Origin: Leucoraja ocellata
Lineage: Eukaryota
DNA: 64,000 nucleotides
Assembly: GCA_036785375.1 (NCBI GenBank)
Contig: JAWMAR010000005.1
Coordinates: forward strand, 16,244,001-16,308,000
Direction of reading: 5' to 3'
Shown: in pieces, positions 26,536 to 38,177 of the stretch
Position numbering within the stretch: the stretch's first letter is position 1
Layout of the letters: the number at the start of each line of letters is the position of its first letter
The notes under the pieces: generated by a model
What the model was told of the DNA's origin: nothing
Seen by the model: only the letters and a program-made list of their open reading frames with translations
Databases searched by the model: none
Made by a program: the position numbers and the translations under genes

Positions 26536-27315
26536 TTGGATATTATTCCCTTATTCCACAATATTAATTTCAACCAATTTTCTTTCCTTTTTCTTATCTA
26601 TAGAAACTTCCAAAGCCTGTCTATGTTTCTTGCCAGACTGCACTCAGATCAGTTTTTCCTTTCCTGATCCATTGGCCCTCCTTTGCTGTTTTTTGTTGTT
26701 TTAGTTTTGCTGAGATTATTCTCCCCATTCATCCAGTATTTAAATTGGAATAGTTCCTCGACTCACAAGTGAATCTTGAATACAGGCAGTAATCCCAACC
26801 TGTTGGATACTGTTTTGACTGTTCAGATTTTTCTTTTAAGACTGAATCTTTCTAACTGCTACCCGTTTGCTTAGGATTGATAGATCTTTTGTACATTATA
26901 ATTCTACAGGTCATCTTGACATTATTACCTATCAGGATCCAGTAATACCTTTATCAATGTCAGGGCATCCATCGCTGGTTGCTATTGCCATGGAGCTTTT
27001 ACTTCCTGACCATGCACGGACTGGACAGTCACTGCCACTCTGCATTTGTGCAAAATCTCTCGAGCCTCCTGCCTGTCCGTGGACAGAGAGACGAGCTGCA
27101 CAGCTGCATGCCAAGAAATAGAGGCCTGCATCAGCATCTTGAGCTGTACTCACTAACCTTCCACTGGTTATGATCATTCCATTATTTTTATATAATTGTA
27201 CAGGTATCTTCTGCAGTTCATAGAACTGTATGGGCAGTACCGATGCAGTGGATGCATTGTTGCCTTTTACAGGTATCAATGTTTATATCAGAGATTATCT
27301 TTACAAGTAAGGGGT

Positions 27316-29295
27316 TAGAAACAGAACATAGAAAAATAGGTGCAGTAGGCCATTCGGCCCTTCGAGCCAGCACCGCCATTCAATATGACCATGGCTGATC
27401 ATCTAAAATCAGTACCCCGTTCATGATTTTTCCCCATATCCCTTGATTCCTTTAGCCCTAAGAACTAAATCTAACTCTCTCTTGAAAACATCCAGTGAAT
27501 GAGCCTCCACTGCCTCCTGTGGCAGAGAATTCCACAGATTCACAACTCTATGGGTGAAAATGTTTTGCCTCATATCAGTGCTAAATGGCCTACCCCTTAT
27601 ACTTAAACTGTGACCCCTGGTTCTGGACTCCCCCAACATCGGAAACATTTTTCCAGCATCTAACCTGTCCAAACCTTTAAGAATTTTATATGTTTCAAAG
27701 ATAACCTCTCATCCTTCTAAATTTCAGTGAATCCAAGCCCAGTCGACCCATTCTTTCATCATATGTCAGTCCCACCATCCTGGGAATTAAAATGGTGATC
27801 CTACGTTGCACTCCCTCAATAGCAATAATGTACTTCCTCAAATTAGGAGACCAAAATTGCACACGATACTCCAGGTATGGTCTCACCAGGGCCCTGTACA
27901 ACTGCAGTGGCACCTCCTTGCTCCTAAACTCAAATCCTCTGGCAATTAAGGCCAACATGCCATTAGCTTTCTTCACTGCCTGCTGTACCTGCATGCTTGC
28001 ACCTCCCCTTTTCCTAATCTGAAACCATTCAGATAATAGACACAAAATGCTGGAGTAACTCAGTGGGACAGGCAACATCTCTGGAGACAAGGAATGGGTG
28101 ACGTTTCGGGTCGAGACTGATGAAGGGTCTCGACCCAAAACGTCACCCATTCCTTCTTTCCAGAGATGCTGCCTGTCCCGCTGAGTTACTCCAGCATTTT
28201 GTGTCTACCTTTGATTTAAATCTGCAATTCTTTCCTACACGTCCTAACCATGCAGATAATAATCTGCCTTCCTGTTCTTGCCACCAAAGTGGATAACTTA
28301 ACATTTATCCACATTATACTGCATCTGCCATGCCAACCAACTATCCAAGTCACCATGCAGCCTCAAAGTATCCTCCTCGCAGCTCACACTGCCACACAGC
28401 TTTGTGTCATCCGCAAACTTGGAGATGTCACGTTTAATTCCCTTGTCTAAATCGTCAATATATATTGTAAATAACTGTGGTCTCAGCACCGAGCCTTGTG
28501 GCACCCCAGTAGTCACTACCTGCCATTCTGAAAAGGACCCATTAATTCCTACTCTTAGCTTCCTGTCTGCCAACCAGGTCTCTATCCATGTCAATACCCT
28601 ACCCCCAATACCATGTCCTCTAATTTTGCACACTAATCTCTTGTGTGGGACCCTATTATGGGTTTGGACACGCTAGAGGCAGGAAACATGTTCCCGATGT
28701 TTGGGGAGTCCAGACCCAGGGGCCACAGTTTAAGAATAAGGGGTAAGCCATTTAGAATGGAGATGAGGAAACACTTTTTCACACAGAGAGTTGTGAGTCA
28801 GTGGAATTCTCTGCCTCAGAGAGTTGTGGAGGCCAGTTCTCTGGATACTTTCAAGAGAGAGCTAGATATGGCTCTTAAAGATAGAGGAGTTAGGGGACAT
28901 GGGGAGAAGGCAAGAACGGGGTACTGATTCTGGATGATCAGCCGTGATCACATTGAATGATGGTGCTGACTTGAAGGGCCAAATGGCCTACTCCTGCACC
29001 AATTGCTTATTGTCTATTGTCAAAGGCTTTTTGAAAGTCCAGACACACCACACCCACTGGCTCTCCCTTATCCATTCTACTTGTCACATCCTCAAAAAAT
29101 TCCAGGTGATTAGTCAAGCATGATTTCCCCTTCATAAATCCATGCTGACTTTGACCGATCCTGTCACTGCTTTCCAAATGCGCTGCTATAACATCTTTAA
29201 TAATTGACCCAAGCATCTTCCCCACTACCGATGTAAGGCTAACTGGTCTATAATTCCCTGTTTTCTCTCTTTCTCCTTTCTTAAATCGTGGAGTT
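27316..29295 (-). mobile_element. CR1 LINE carrying two nested insertions (Penelope fold-back 28039-28245; opposite-strand CR1 3' end about 28655-29018)
   Basis: Collinear CR1 ORF2 motifs in ORFs 29007..29225, 28298..28633, 27695..28150 and 27421..27672; ORF 28643..28927 is a plus-strand CR1 end. Confidence 0.9.
28039..28245. mobile_element. Fold-back mini-element of two inverted Penelope pLTR arms with central hammerhead motif
   Basis: Arms of about 81 bp at 28037-28117 and 28127-28207; flanking duplication aaccattcagataata (28023-28038) / aaccatgcagataata (28246-28261). Confidence 0.85.
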
Positions 29296-29720
29296 AGGGT
29301 TACGTATTAAAACATTTTCAGGTCACGTCTTTGGAGTTCCTTACCTCAAAGGAAGCAAAGTTCTATAATATTAATACAGGGATAGATACTGGAAAAGCAG
29401 GGGGTTGAAATAATATGATAGGTGAGTAGAAATATGAAGTTACTGTAAGTTTGCACTCGGATTGATGGCAGAACAGGTTTGAATAGCAGTTTATTTCTGC
29501 TCCCAATCTGTATATTCCTATCAGACTTCTTCTGCCATGCTTGTCATTCCTCACAGACGCCAGCTGTTTCGCTGATACTCTGTACAGGTATTCTATAAGT
29601 GAATAGATGACCGAGAAGCATCTTCATTAACACTGTCTAACAATCTTGCATGCATTGTTACTAATATTGAAATGACCCACTGTGTTGTGATTGCCTGAGC
29701 TGATTTCCTTGTTTCTACAG

Positions 29721-29822
29721 ATGATTATGCTGGGGTAGATACTAATGAGGAAGGCAATGAATGCTCTATTTTGGGAGCTGGAGAGGAACACACTAACAAT
29801 GACACTGACCTTGATTCTTTTG
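29721..29822 (+). CDS. EHBP1: EHBP1 102-nt symmetric (phase 1-1) exon, probable cassette exon
   Basis: tttccttgtttctacag acceptor and G|gtaatt donor; translates (D)DYAGVDTNEEGNECSILGAGEEHTNNDTDLDSF, resembling recalled human DENDNIEIDTNEEIPEGFVVGGGDELTNLENDLDTP; phases fit both neighbours. Confidence 0.88.
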
Positions 29823-30695
29823 GTAATTATAATGATATTGTGCTGCTTGACCTGTGGAAAGTACAATGTCTGGTGCTTGCTCAAGCTGTGTATATTTTTC
29901 ATAATGTGTGCATTACAACTTTCAGCTCCAGACAAGTCTTCATAGTGTGGTTCCATGAACTGTAACATGCAGACTGTAATATGTATGTGTGCATCATATC
30001 AATCATGTCGAAATAACTTTCACCTTTCATGACAATACCAGAACAATTCAGTGTCCAAATGTTCTCACCAGAAAACACTTTTCTACAAAAAGAAAGTCAT
30101 ATATGTGCAGTATATTTCTTTCTCTTTTCCCATCATATTTCACATAAAGTAAAGGCGCAAGAGGGGAGCATTCAAGCCGCCAGTGATCCACCGTGCCATA
30201 CGCTCTTCCGTACATCGCCACCTTTCCCCATTCCTCGTGACGTATGGAGTGCTGACAAGTAACTAAATCGTAAAACTATTCTAGATCTGCCAGTACTTTC
30301 ATCAGACATGCATGTTCAACATAAGCGGCAATCAGAGGGTGATGCTTAGATTTCTCCCATACTGCTACTCATGGTTTATTATTGTTATGTCCACCAAGAG
30401 ACTGTGACAAAGTATGTTTGCGTGCTCTCCAGTCAGATCATGCTCTACCTTAGTGTAATCAAGCCATTTACAAGTACAGCAGGTAGTGCAAATATCAGAG
30501 CGCAGAATCTAGTGTGGCAGCATTACAGTATCACAGAAAGTGCAGATAACATCAAAGTCCAAGGTCTGCAATGAGGTAGGTTGGAAGATCAGGACAGCAC
30601 CCTGGGAACCTGTAGGCAACATTGAAGACAATTTTAACGTTTCACTGCAATAACTTGGAATTGAGCCTCTTCAGAGGATACCAGCTATTATTTTA

Positions 30696-31990
30696 CAATA
30701 GACAATATGTGCAGGGGTAGGACATTCGGCCCTTCGAGCCAGCACCGCCATTCAATGTGATCATGGCTGATCATCCCCAATCAGTACCCCGTTCCTGCCT
30801 TCTCCCCATATCCCCTGACTCCGCTATTTTTAAGACCTCTATCTAGCTCTCTCTTGAAAGCAACAAGAGAACCTGCCTCCACCGCCCTCTGAGGCAGAGA
30901 ATTCCACAGACTCACCACTCTCTGTGAGAAAAAGTGTTTCCTCGTCCATTCTAAATGGCTTACTCCTTATTCTTAAACTGTGGCCCCTGGTTCTGGACTC
31001 CCCCAACATCAGGAACATGTTTCCTGCCTCTGGCATGTCCAAACCCTTAACAATCTTATATGTTTCAATGAGATATCCTCTCATCCTTCTAAACTCCAGA
31101 GTATACAAGCCCAGCTGCTCCATTCTCTCAGCATATGACAGTCCCGCCACCCCGGGAATTAACCTTGTAAACCTACGCTGCACTCCCTCAATAGCAAGAA
31201 TGTCCTTCCTCAAATTAGGGGACCAAAACTGCACACAATACTCCAGGTGTAGTCTCACTAGGGCTCTGTCCAACTGCAGAAGGACCCCTTTGCTCCTATA
31301 TTCGATTCCTCTTGTTATAAAGGCCAACATGCCATTCACTTTCTTCACTGCCTGCTGTACCAGCATGCTTACTTTCATTGACTGATGTACAAGGACCCCC
31401 AGATCCCATTGTACTTTTTCTTTTCCCAACTTGACGCCATTTAGATAGTAATCTGACTTCCTTTTTTTGCTACCAAAGTGGATAACCTCACATTTATCTG
31501 TATTAAACTTCATCTGCCCACTCCCTCAGCCTGTCTAAGTCACCCTGCATTCTCATAGCATCCTCCTCACAGTTCACACTACCACCCAGCTTTGTGACAT
31601 CTGTAAATTTGCTAATGTTACTTTGAATTCCTTCATCCAAATCATTGATGTATATTGTAAATAGCTGCGGTCTCCGCAACGAACCTTGCGGTACCCCACT
31701 AGTCACTGGCTGCCATTCTGAAAGGGACTCTTTGTTTCCAGTCTGCCAACCAGTTCTCTATCTATGTCAGCACTCTACCCCCAATACCATGTGCCTTAAT
31801 TTTGCCCACTAATCTCCTATGTGGGAACTTATCAAATGCTTTCAGAAAGTCAAGGTACACTACATCCACTGGCTCTCCCTTGTCCATTTTCCTAGTTACA
31901 TCTTCAAAAAATTCCAGAAGATTAGTCAAGCATGATTTCCCCTTCGTAAATCCATGCTGACTCGGACCGATCCTGTTACTGCTATCCAAA
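30696..31990 (-). mobile_element. 5'-truncated CR1 LINE
   Basis: ORFs 31762..31989, 31503..31706 and 30839..31513 give collinear RT motifs, followed by the CR1 tail. Confidence 0.93.
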
Positions 31991-32419
31991 TTTTCTCCGA
32001 TTGTCTTAATTTCCTGTTTGGTCAGTTCCAGTCTTTGTCAGGCAGCTTTGATTCCTGAAGATATTGCTCACCTCCCATCTTTGCTCCAGTCAGCATTGCT
32101 TTGCAGGTAGATTTTGGCTGCACCCCACCTGGGCTTTGTCATGGAAAATATTCTCTAGTCTTACAGGGTTGCACAGGTTCAAGAAAGAGGACTACATATC
32201 TGGTTTTAGTGCAGACAGATTTTGGAACTCGTGAAAGCAGGATAATATATAAAACCAAAAAAAAAGATTTTCTCCTGAATGTCATCTCCTTGATCTCCTT
32301 GTATTCAAATTCCAGAAACACTTTCAATTTGCATGGCCATTGCCCACTGCTGCAAATGCTACAAGTTAATCACACGCTGTAAGTCCTCAGCACCTCCAGC
32401 ACCATCCCAGCCATTCCTA

Positions 32420-32800
32420 GAATCCAGAACAATGACAGAATACAGGAAGGACGTAGAGAGCTTTGTAACAAGGTGCCGAGACAACAGCCTCTCCCTTCTT
32501 CTTCTTGTGTACGGCGTGCACAGCCTAAAGTTGTAGGACAACCTGTTCTATTTGATATTTGATTGTGCACGCTGGGTTGATTGCATTTGTTGAAACAGGG
32601 CGCACCACGTGAAGGTTGCAATCTCCCACCCTAACCCCTCCCTCAATGTCAGCAAGTCAAAGGACTTGCTGCCTGGTGCAGTCACCTGAGTCAGCACAGA
32701 GACACCCTGGAAAGCATCCTATCACAGTTTGGTCAACATCTCTGCCCAAGACCACAACAAATTAAAGAGTTGTGGTGCAACCCAGTGCATCACACATACC
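32420..32800 (+). mobile_element. Rex1/Babar remnant split by a short minus-strand retroposon 3' end with (GAA)n tail (about 32496-32632)
   Basis: TEYRKDVESFVTRCRDNSLSL resumes as ctcaatgtcagcaag at 32642; insert begins ttcttcttctt and has similar cct(c)tccct/cccctccct flanks. Confidence 0.6.
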
Positions 32801-32821
32801 AGCCTCGCCACCCCTCCCCTC

Positions 32822-33840
32822 CTGCGGTTGAATGGTCTACCGCAGGGCAGTGTCCTTGCCCCAACGTTGTTCAATATATACACCAATGACCAACCCATCT
32901 CCCCGAAAACTAGGTTGTTTCTGTATGCCGATGACTTATGCATCGCAATGCAATCCTCAGCCTTCAGCCACAGGCTGCTCTGCAGAATATGACAACATAC
33001 TACCAACACAACTCCCTGCGCCCAAACCCAACAAAAACGCAAAGCGCAGGTTTCCACCTCCGGAACGGGGATGTGAAACGTCAACTGCAGGTGCGATGGA
33101 ATGATGTCCTGTTGGAATACTGCAAAGCCCCAAAGTACCCAGGTGTGGTCCTCGATCGCACGTTATCACATCGTCAACATGATGAGAAAACCAAGGCAAA
33201 GGTCAACACGGTCATCGAAAAATTGGCAAACAGCTCATTGAGAAGTGACCCAACAACAATCTGCACTGCAGCCCTGGCGTTCTGTTTCTCAGTGACAGAA
33301 TATGCAAGCCCCATCTGGTGACGCTCTAAACATGTACGCAAGGTGGACTCTGCATTGAACACTGCCTTCACAGGATGCCTGAAGCCGACAAAGGTGGAAC
33401 ACCTGTACGAGTTGGCTGGCATCGACGAACCATCTCGAAGACGTGATCGGGCAGCTGCAGTAAAACGCCTCAATGCGGACACAGACCCTCGCCACTCCTT
33501 GCACAATCACCAACATGCCAAGAAACGCTTGAAGAGTCGGAACAGCTTCATGGAACTAGAGCCAACCGTGCCAGGCACCAAAACCAAACACCAGATGGCA
33601 CCAGGACACCACCTGCCTTATATTACCTGGACAGCCCTAAACCGCCTCCGCACTGGAGTGGGACGTTGCGGACTCAACCTGAAGAAGTGGCGCTCTCGAA
33701 CTCTGGCAAGTGCAACTGTGGAGAGGTAAAGACAACGGCCCACCGACTGCCTTGCGGCGAAGAGGCATGCACTGCGGGCGATCTCCGCAGAAGCACAGAT
33801 GTACCACTGGCTGTGGCAGAACGTCATCTTACACAGGAGC
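32822..33840 (+). mobile_element. Vingi/Ingi-type (I-group) non-LTR retrotransposon, 3' half, decayed
   Basis: NGLPQGSVLAPTLFNIYTNDQP, YADDL, PNPTKTQ...FHL.N, VLDRTLS, EYASPIW, TGCLKPT..LYELAGI, RLKSRNSF, W.ALNRLRTGVGR and C.CG...T.H, the motif order I recognise for Vingi. Confidence 0.8.
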
Positions 33841-33844
33841 GAGT

Positions 33845-34352
33845 ACCCCTCCCCTCCCCTCCTCTCGCCTCACCTCCCCACCCCACCCTCCTTCCCATCC
33901 GTAGCCTCCCCACATCTCCCCTCCTCTCGCCTCCCCTCCCCACCCCCACCCCCACCTCTCCCCTCCTTTCCCCACCTCATCCCTCCTCTCCCACCTCCAC
34001 CTTCCTCTCCTCACCTCTCCCCTCCTCCCCCCACCTCTCCTCTCCCACCTCTCCCCTCCTCTCCCACCTCTCCCCTCATCACCTCTCCTCGCCCCTCCTG
34101 CTCACCTCTCCCCTCCCCTCCTCTCCCACCTCTCCCCTCCTCTCCTCTCCCACCTCTCCCCTCCCCTCCTCTCCCACCTCTCCCCTCCCCTCCTCTCCCC
34201 TCCCCTCCCACCTCTCCCCTCCTCTCCTCACCCCTCCTCTACCCTCCCCTCCTCTCCCATCCTTTCCCCACCTCTCCCCTCCTCTCCTCACCCCTCCTCT
34301 CCTCTCCCCTCCCTTCCCCTCCTTTCCCCACATCTCCCCTCCTCTTTCATCC
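33845..34352. repeat. Polypyrimidine low-complexity tract (CCTCT/CCCCT/CCACCT variants)
   Basis: About 500 bp that is overwhelmingly C and T on the plus strand. Confidence 0.95.
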
Positions 34353-34744
34353 TCTATGTATACTCTGCATGCTGCTCACTTGTTGTACATGTGTATTGGT
34401 TGATTGTACCCATGTATGGTCTGATTTGACTGGGTATCAAGCACACAGTGTCACGCTATCTCAGTACATGGGGCAAAACCGACACCTCTGCCACCAGCAA
34501 CAAGCTGAGCATCAAATTGTGGCGAGAGAATGTCATTCAATATCCATTGTATCAGCGTAGGTTGAAGCATTGCAGGCACTGGAGATATAAGATGGTGCTC
34601 CTTCACGGCACACGGTACTATTTAATATTCATACAATATTGTCTACCCCAATCACTGCAAGCAATGCTGTTTTTATATAATCACTTACAGCTGTAAATTA
34701 AAACTAATTCATTCTAACCATGACTTTCCCCTATTATTTATTTG

Positions 34745-35460
34745 TAAAGTTAAGTATTCTTCATCAACGGCGTATGCTGTATGTACAAGCGAATAATATT
34801 CTCTTACGCAAGTTTGGTGCGTGTACAGATGTGGTGAAGATGTCTCTGTTTAGAGCATTTGGACACCATTCTATACTGCACACCTGTGGTCAAACTATAG
34901 AAAAACAAGTTTAAAGTAGGAATGTTACAACATTTTGAGATTTCAAAAACGGGATCGCAGAACAAATTTTCTTCATCAGCTTGTAGTCCCTCTCTGACAG
35001 CCAATACAAATCTGCGTTTTAATCCCAACCCCCCTCACAGCCTCCGGAATCGCACGCACAGGCAGTAGGCAGATCTGGAGTGCCACTGATAGTAGGATTT
35101 TGTAACAACGCTAGTTAAAGTAGCTTGTAATGATGCCATGAGAATACTACTAAAGAAACCTAGATGGTGTAGTGCAAGTAAAATGTTTGTGACTGCAGGA
35201 GTCAGTACTATACAAACTATCCTAAGAAATCATAGCAGTCTTATCAAACGTGAGGTTTAGCACTACACACTACCAATCCCAGTTGTGGAGACATTGCTAT
35301 CGTTGTCTCGTTGTAGGACTATGATCTTTCTTTTTATTCCGGATTATAAACCATGTATTGTGTTTTTGTATAAAATTTATGATGCTCTTATAAGTAATTT
35401 ACAAAGCTTATATACGTATTTTATGTTGTTTTTATATGCAGTGTATACTATGTAATGTCA
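34745..35460 (+). mobile_element. RTE-X-like LINE 3' end
   Basis: QRRMLYVQAN.ILLRKFGACTDVVKMSLFRAF, then after an insertion VACNDAMRILLKKPRWCSASKMFVTAGV. Confidence 0.7.
34917..35113. mobile_element. hAT-like MITE inserted in the RTE-X copy
   Basis: Imperfect TIRs TAGGAATGTTACAA / TTGTAACAACGCTA; flanks gtttaaag and gttaaag form a near-8-bp TSD; interrupts the host reading frame. Confidence 0.6.
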
Positions 35461-35469
35461 TCTTTTATC

Positions 35470-37140
35470 TGACAATAGACTATGGACGATAGGTGCAGGA
35501 GCAGGCCATTCGGCCCATCGAGCCAGCACAGCCATTCAATGTGATCATGGCTGATCATCCCCAATCAATACCCCGTTCCTGCCTTCTCACCATATTCCCT
35601 GACTCTGCTATTTTTAAGAGCCCTATCGAGCTCTATCTTGAAAGCATCCAGCGAACCTGCCTCCACCGCCCTCTGAGGCAGGGAATTCCACAGACTCACA
35701 ACTCTCTGTGAGAAAAAGTGTTTTCTGGTCTCCGTTCTAAATGGCTTACTCCTTATTCTTAAACTGTGGCCCCTGGTTCTGGACTCCCCCAACATCGGGA
35801 ACATGTTTCCTGCCTCTAGTGTGTCCAAGCCCTTAACAATCTTTTATGTTTCAATGAGATTGCCTCCCATCCTTCTAAACTCCAGAGTGTACAAGCCCAG
35901 TGGCTCCATTCTCTCAGCATATGACAGTCCCGCCATCCCAGGAATTAACCTTGTAAACCTATGCTGTACTCCCTCAATAGCAAGAATGTCCTTCCTCAAA
36001 TTAGGGGACCAAAACTGCACACAATACTCCAGGTGTGGTCTCATTAGGGCTCTGTACAACTGCAGAAGGACCTCTTTGCTCTTATACTCGACTCCTCTTG
36101 TTATAAAGGCCAACATGCCATTCACTTTCTTCACTACTTGCTGTACCTGCATACTTACATTCATAGACTGATGTACAAGGATCCCCAGATCCCGTTGTAC
36201 TTCCCCTTTTCCCAACTTGACGCCATTTAGATAGTAATCTGCCTTCCTTTTTTTGCTACCAAAGTGGATAACCTCACATTTATCCGCATTAAACTTCATC
36301 TGCCCACTCCCCCAACCTGTCCAAATCACCCTGGATTCTCATAGCATCCTCTTCACAGTTCACAATGCAACCCAGCTTTGTGTCATCTGCAAATTTGCTA
36401 ATGTTACTTCGAATCCCTTCATCCACATAATTGATGTATATTGTAAATAGCTGCGGTTCCAGCACCGAGCCTTGCGTTACCCCACTAGTCACTGCCTGCC
36501 ATTCTGAAAGGGACCCGTTAATCCCTACTCTTTGTTTACTGTCTGCCAACCACTTCTCTATCCATGTCAGCACTCTACCCCCAATACCATGTGCCCTCAT
36601 TTTGCCCACTAATCTCCTATGTGGGACCTAATCAAATGCTTTCCGAATGTTCACTACATCTACTGGTTCTCCCTTGTCCATTTTCCTAGTTACATCTTCA
36701 AAGAATTCCAGAAGATTAGTCAAGCATGATTTCCCCATCGTAAATCCATGCTCTCGGACCAATCCTGTTACTGCTATCCAAATGTTCGGCCACCTCTTTT
36801 ATAATTGACTCCAGCATCTTCCCCACCACCGATGTCAGGCTAACTAGTTTATAATTCCCTGTTTTCTCTCTCCCGCCTTTCTTAAAAAGTGGGATAACAT
36901 TAGCTACCCTCCAATCCACAGGAACTGATCCTGAGTCTATAGAACATTGGAAAATTATCACCAATGCATCCACGATTTCCAGAGCCACTTCTTTAAGTAC
37001 CCTGAGATGCACACCATCAGGCCCTGGGGATTTATCAGTCTTCAGTTCATCCAACATCAGTCTATCCAACACCATTTCCTGTCTAATGTGGATTTCCTTC
37101 AGTTCCTCCGTCACCCCAGATCCTCTGGCCACTACTATAT
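35470..37140 (-). mobile_element. 5'-truncated CR1 LINE
   Basis: ORFs 36716..37132, 36289..36609, 35844..36329 and 35565..35828 are collinear RT segments, followed by the tail. Confidence 0.93.
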
Positions 37141-38046
37141 CAGGAAGCTGGACCTTGAGTCTGAAATAAAGTTTAATAATAACAATAATAATAATTTCAT
37201 TCTTGCCTTCATTTTATCTTTTTTTACTCATAAATCATCTGGCCAATGTTTGTGATTTTTTACGAACAGCCTGGGGCCAATATTTTTTGTCTTTGTTTGT
37301 CCTCTAACATGTTGCTGTTTCCTTTCACCCAAAGAAAGGTTTGCAGTTCTGACTTTGTTCACTGATGGGCAAGTGCAGTCTCAGTTGTACTTGATGTGTT
37401 TGCCCGTTTGCACACAGAAATTCCTAAACTTGCATTTCCTGGCATTCACAAAGCTTCCCAAACCATCCCAGTTAATGTGAGACGTGGCAGCCCAATTGAT
37501 ATGGGAAATTAGTGATTTCAAGTAAATGAAATGTCACTTGGTAAATGCACAAACTCAGTGTTAGATGCGTTTCTGCTTATCTATGTTGCTGTTTTAAGAT
37601 AGTTATTGTTGCTTAACTAATGTTATTAATAAAAATGTTATTAATAAAATCTGGTATAAAAGTTAGTGGTATTTGTGTGATAGGTTAAATGGGGTAACAT
37701 CCTGATACTTTGTGTAATGACTGCTTGAGAAACCTTTCCTGCTTTCCTTGAAAATTTGTTGTGCTTCTTGTTCTGATTCCGCGTAAAACAAAGCAACAAT
37801 ATTCAGCAAGTCAGGCAGCATTGTGCTCCCTTCATGAATACCGATAACCTGTTGTCTGTTTCTAGTCTTTATGTTTGCACGTGTGTTGTGTTTTTGAAGC
37901 TGATAGCTGTCAGAATCTGGAAAAGAAGATTTATTCTTAGCCAAGGCATCATGTAATTGTCTTGGTAACTATTTATATTACCAGCTCTTTGTTTCTTTCC
38001 ACCACTCTCAATGAGTTTATCATTGTTTGTTTCTCATCTAATTTAG

Positions 38047-38177
38047 GAGGTCAGAATAGCAGGTCAGGTGACATGAAGCTGAAGAAACTCTTGGAGGCAC
38101 AACCTCAGGTCATGAATTCACTGTCGACTGGTGTTCAGAAAGCCTCCCTTGATGGTGTGGCTGAAGAAGAGCTGAAG
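38047..38177 (+). CDS. EHBP1: EHBP1 internal coding exon (phase 1 to 0)
   Basis: atttag acceptor and AAG|gttggt donor; translates (G)GQNSRSGDMKLKKLLEAQPQVMNSLSTGVQKASLDGVAEEELK, matching recalled human EQNSKLVDLKLKKLLEVQPQVANSPSSAAQKA; lies within ORF 37962..38198. Confidence 0.93.

Noticed and set aside
29745-29945. Hydrophobic 66-aa ORF resembling a small membrane protein
   Set aside because: Alternative frame overlapping the EHBP1 exon and intron; no support for independent expression.
30150-30260. CpG-containing patch with short inverted ccatacg/cgtatgg
   Set aside because: Only 7-bp arms, expected by chance; no splice signals or family recognised.
33666-34560. Pro/Ser-rich extensin-like ORFs and Gly/Glu/Arg-rich antisense ORFs
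   Set aside because: Translations of the polypyrimidine tract, which lacks stop codons.
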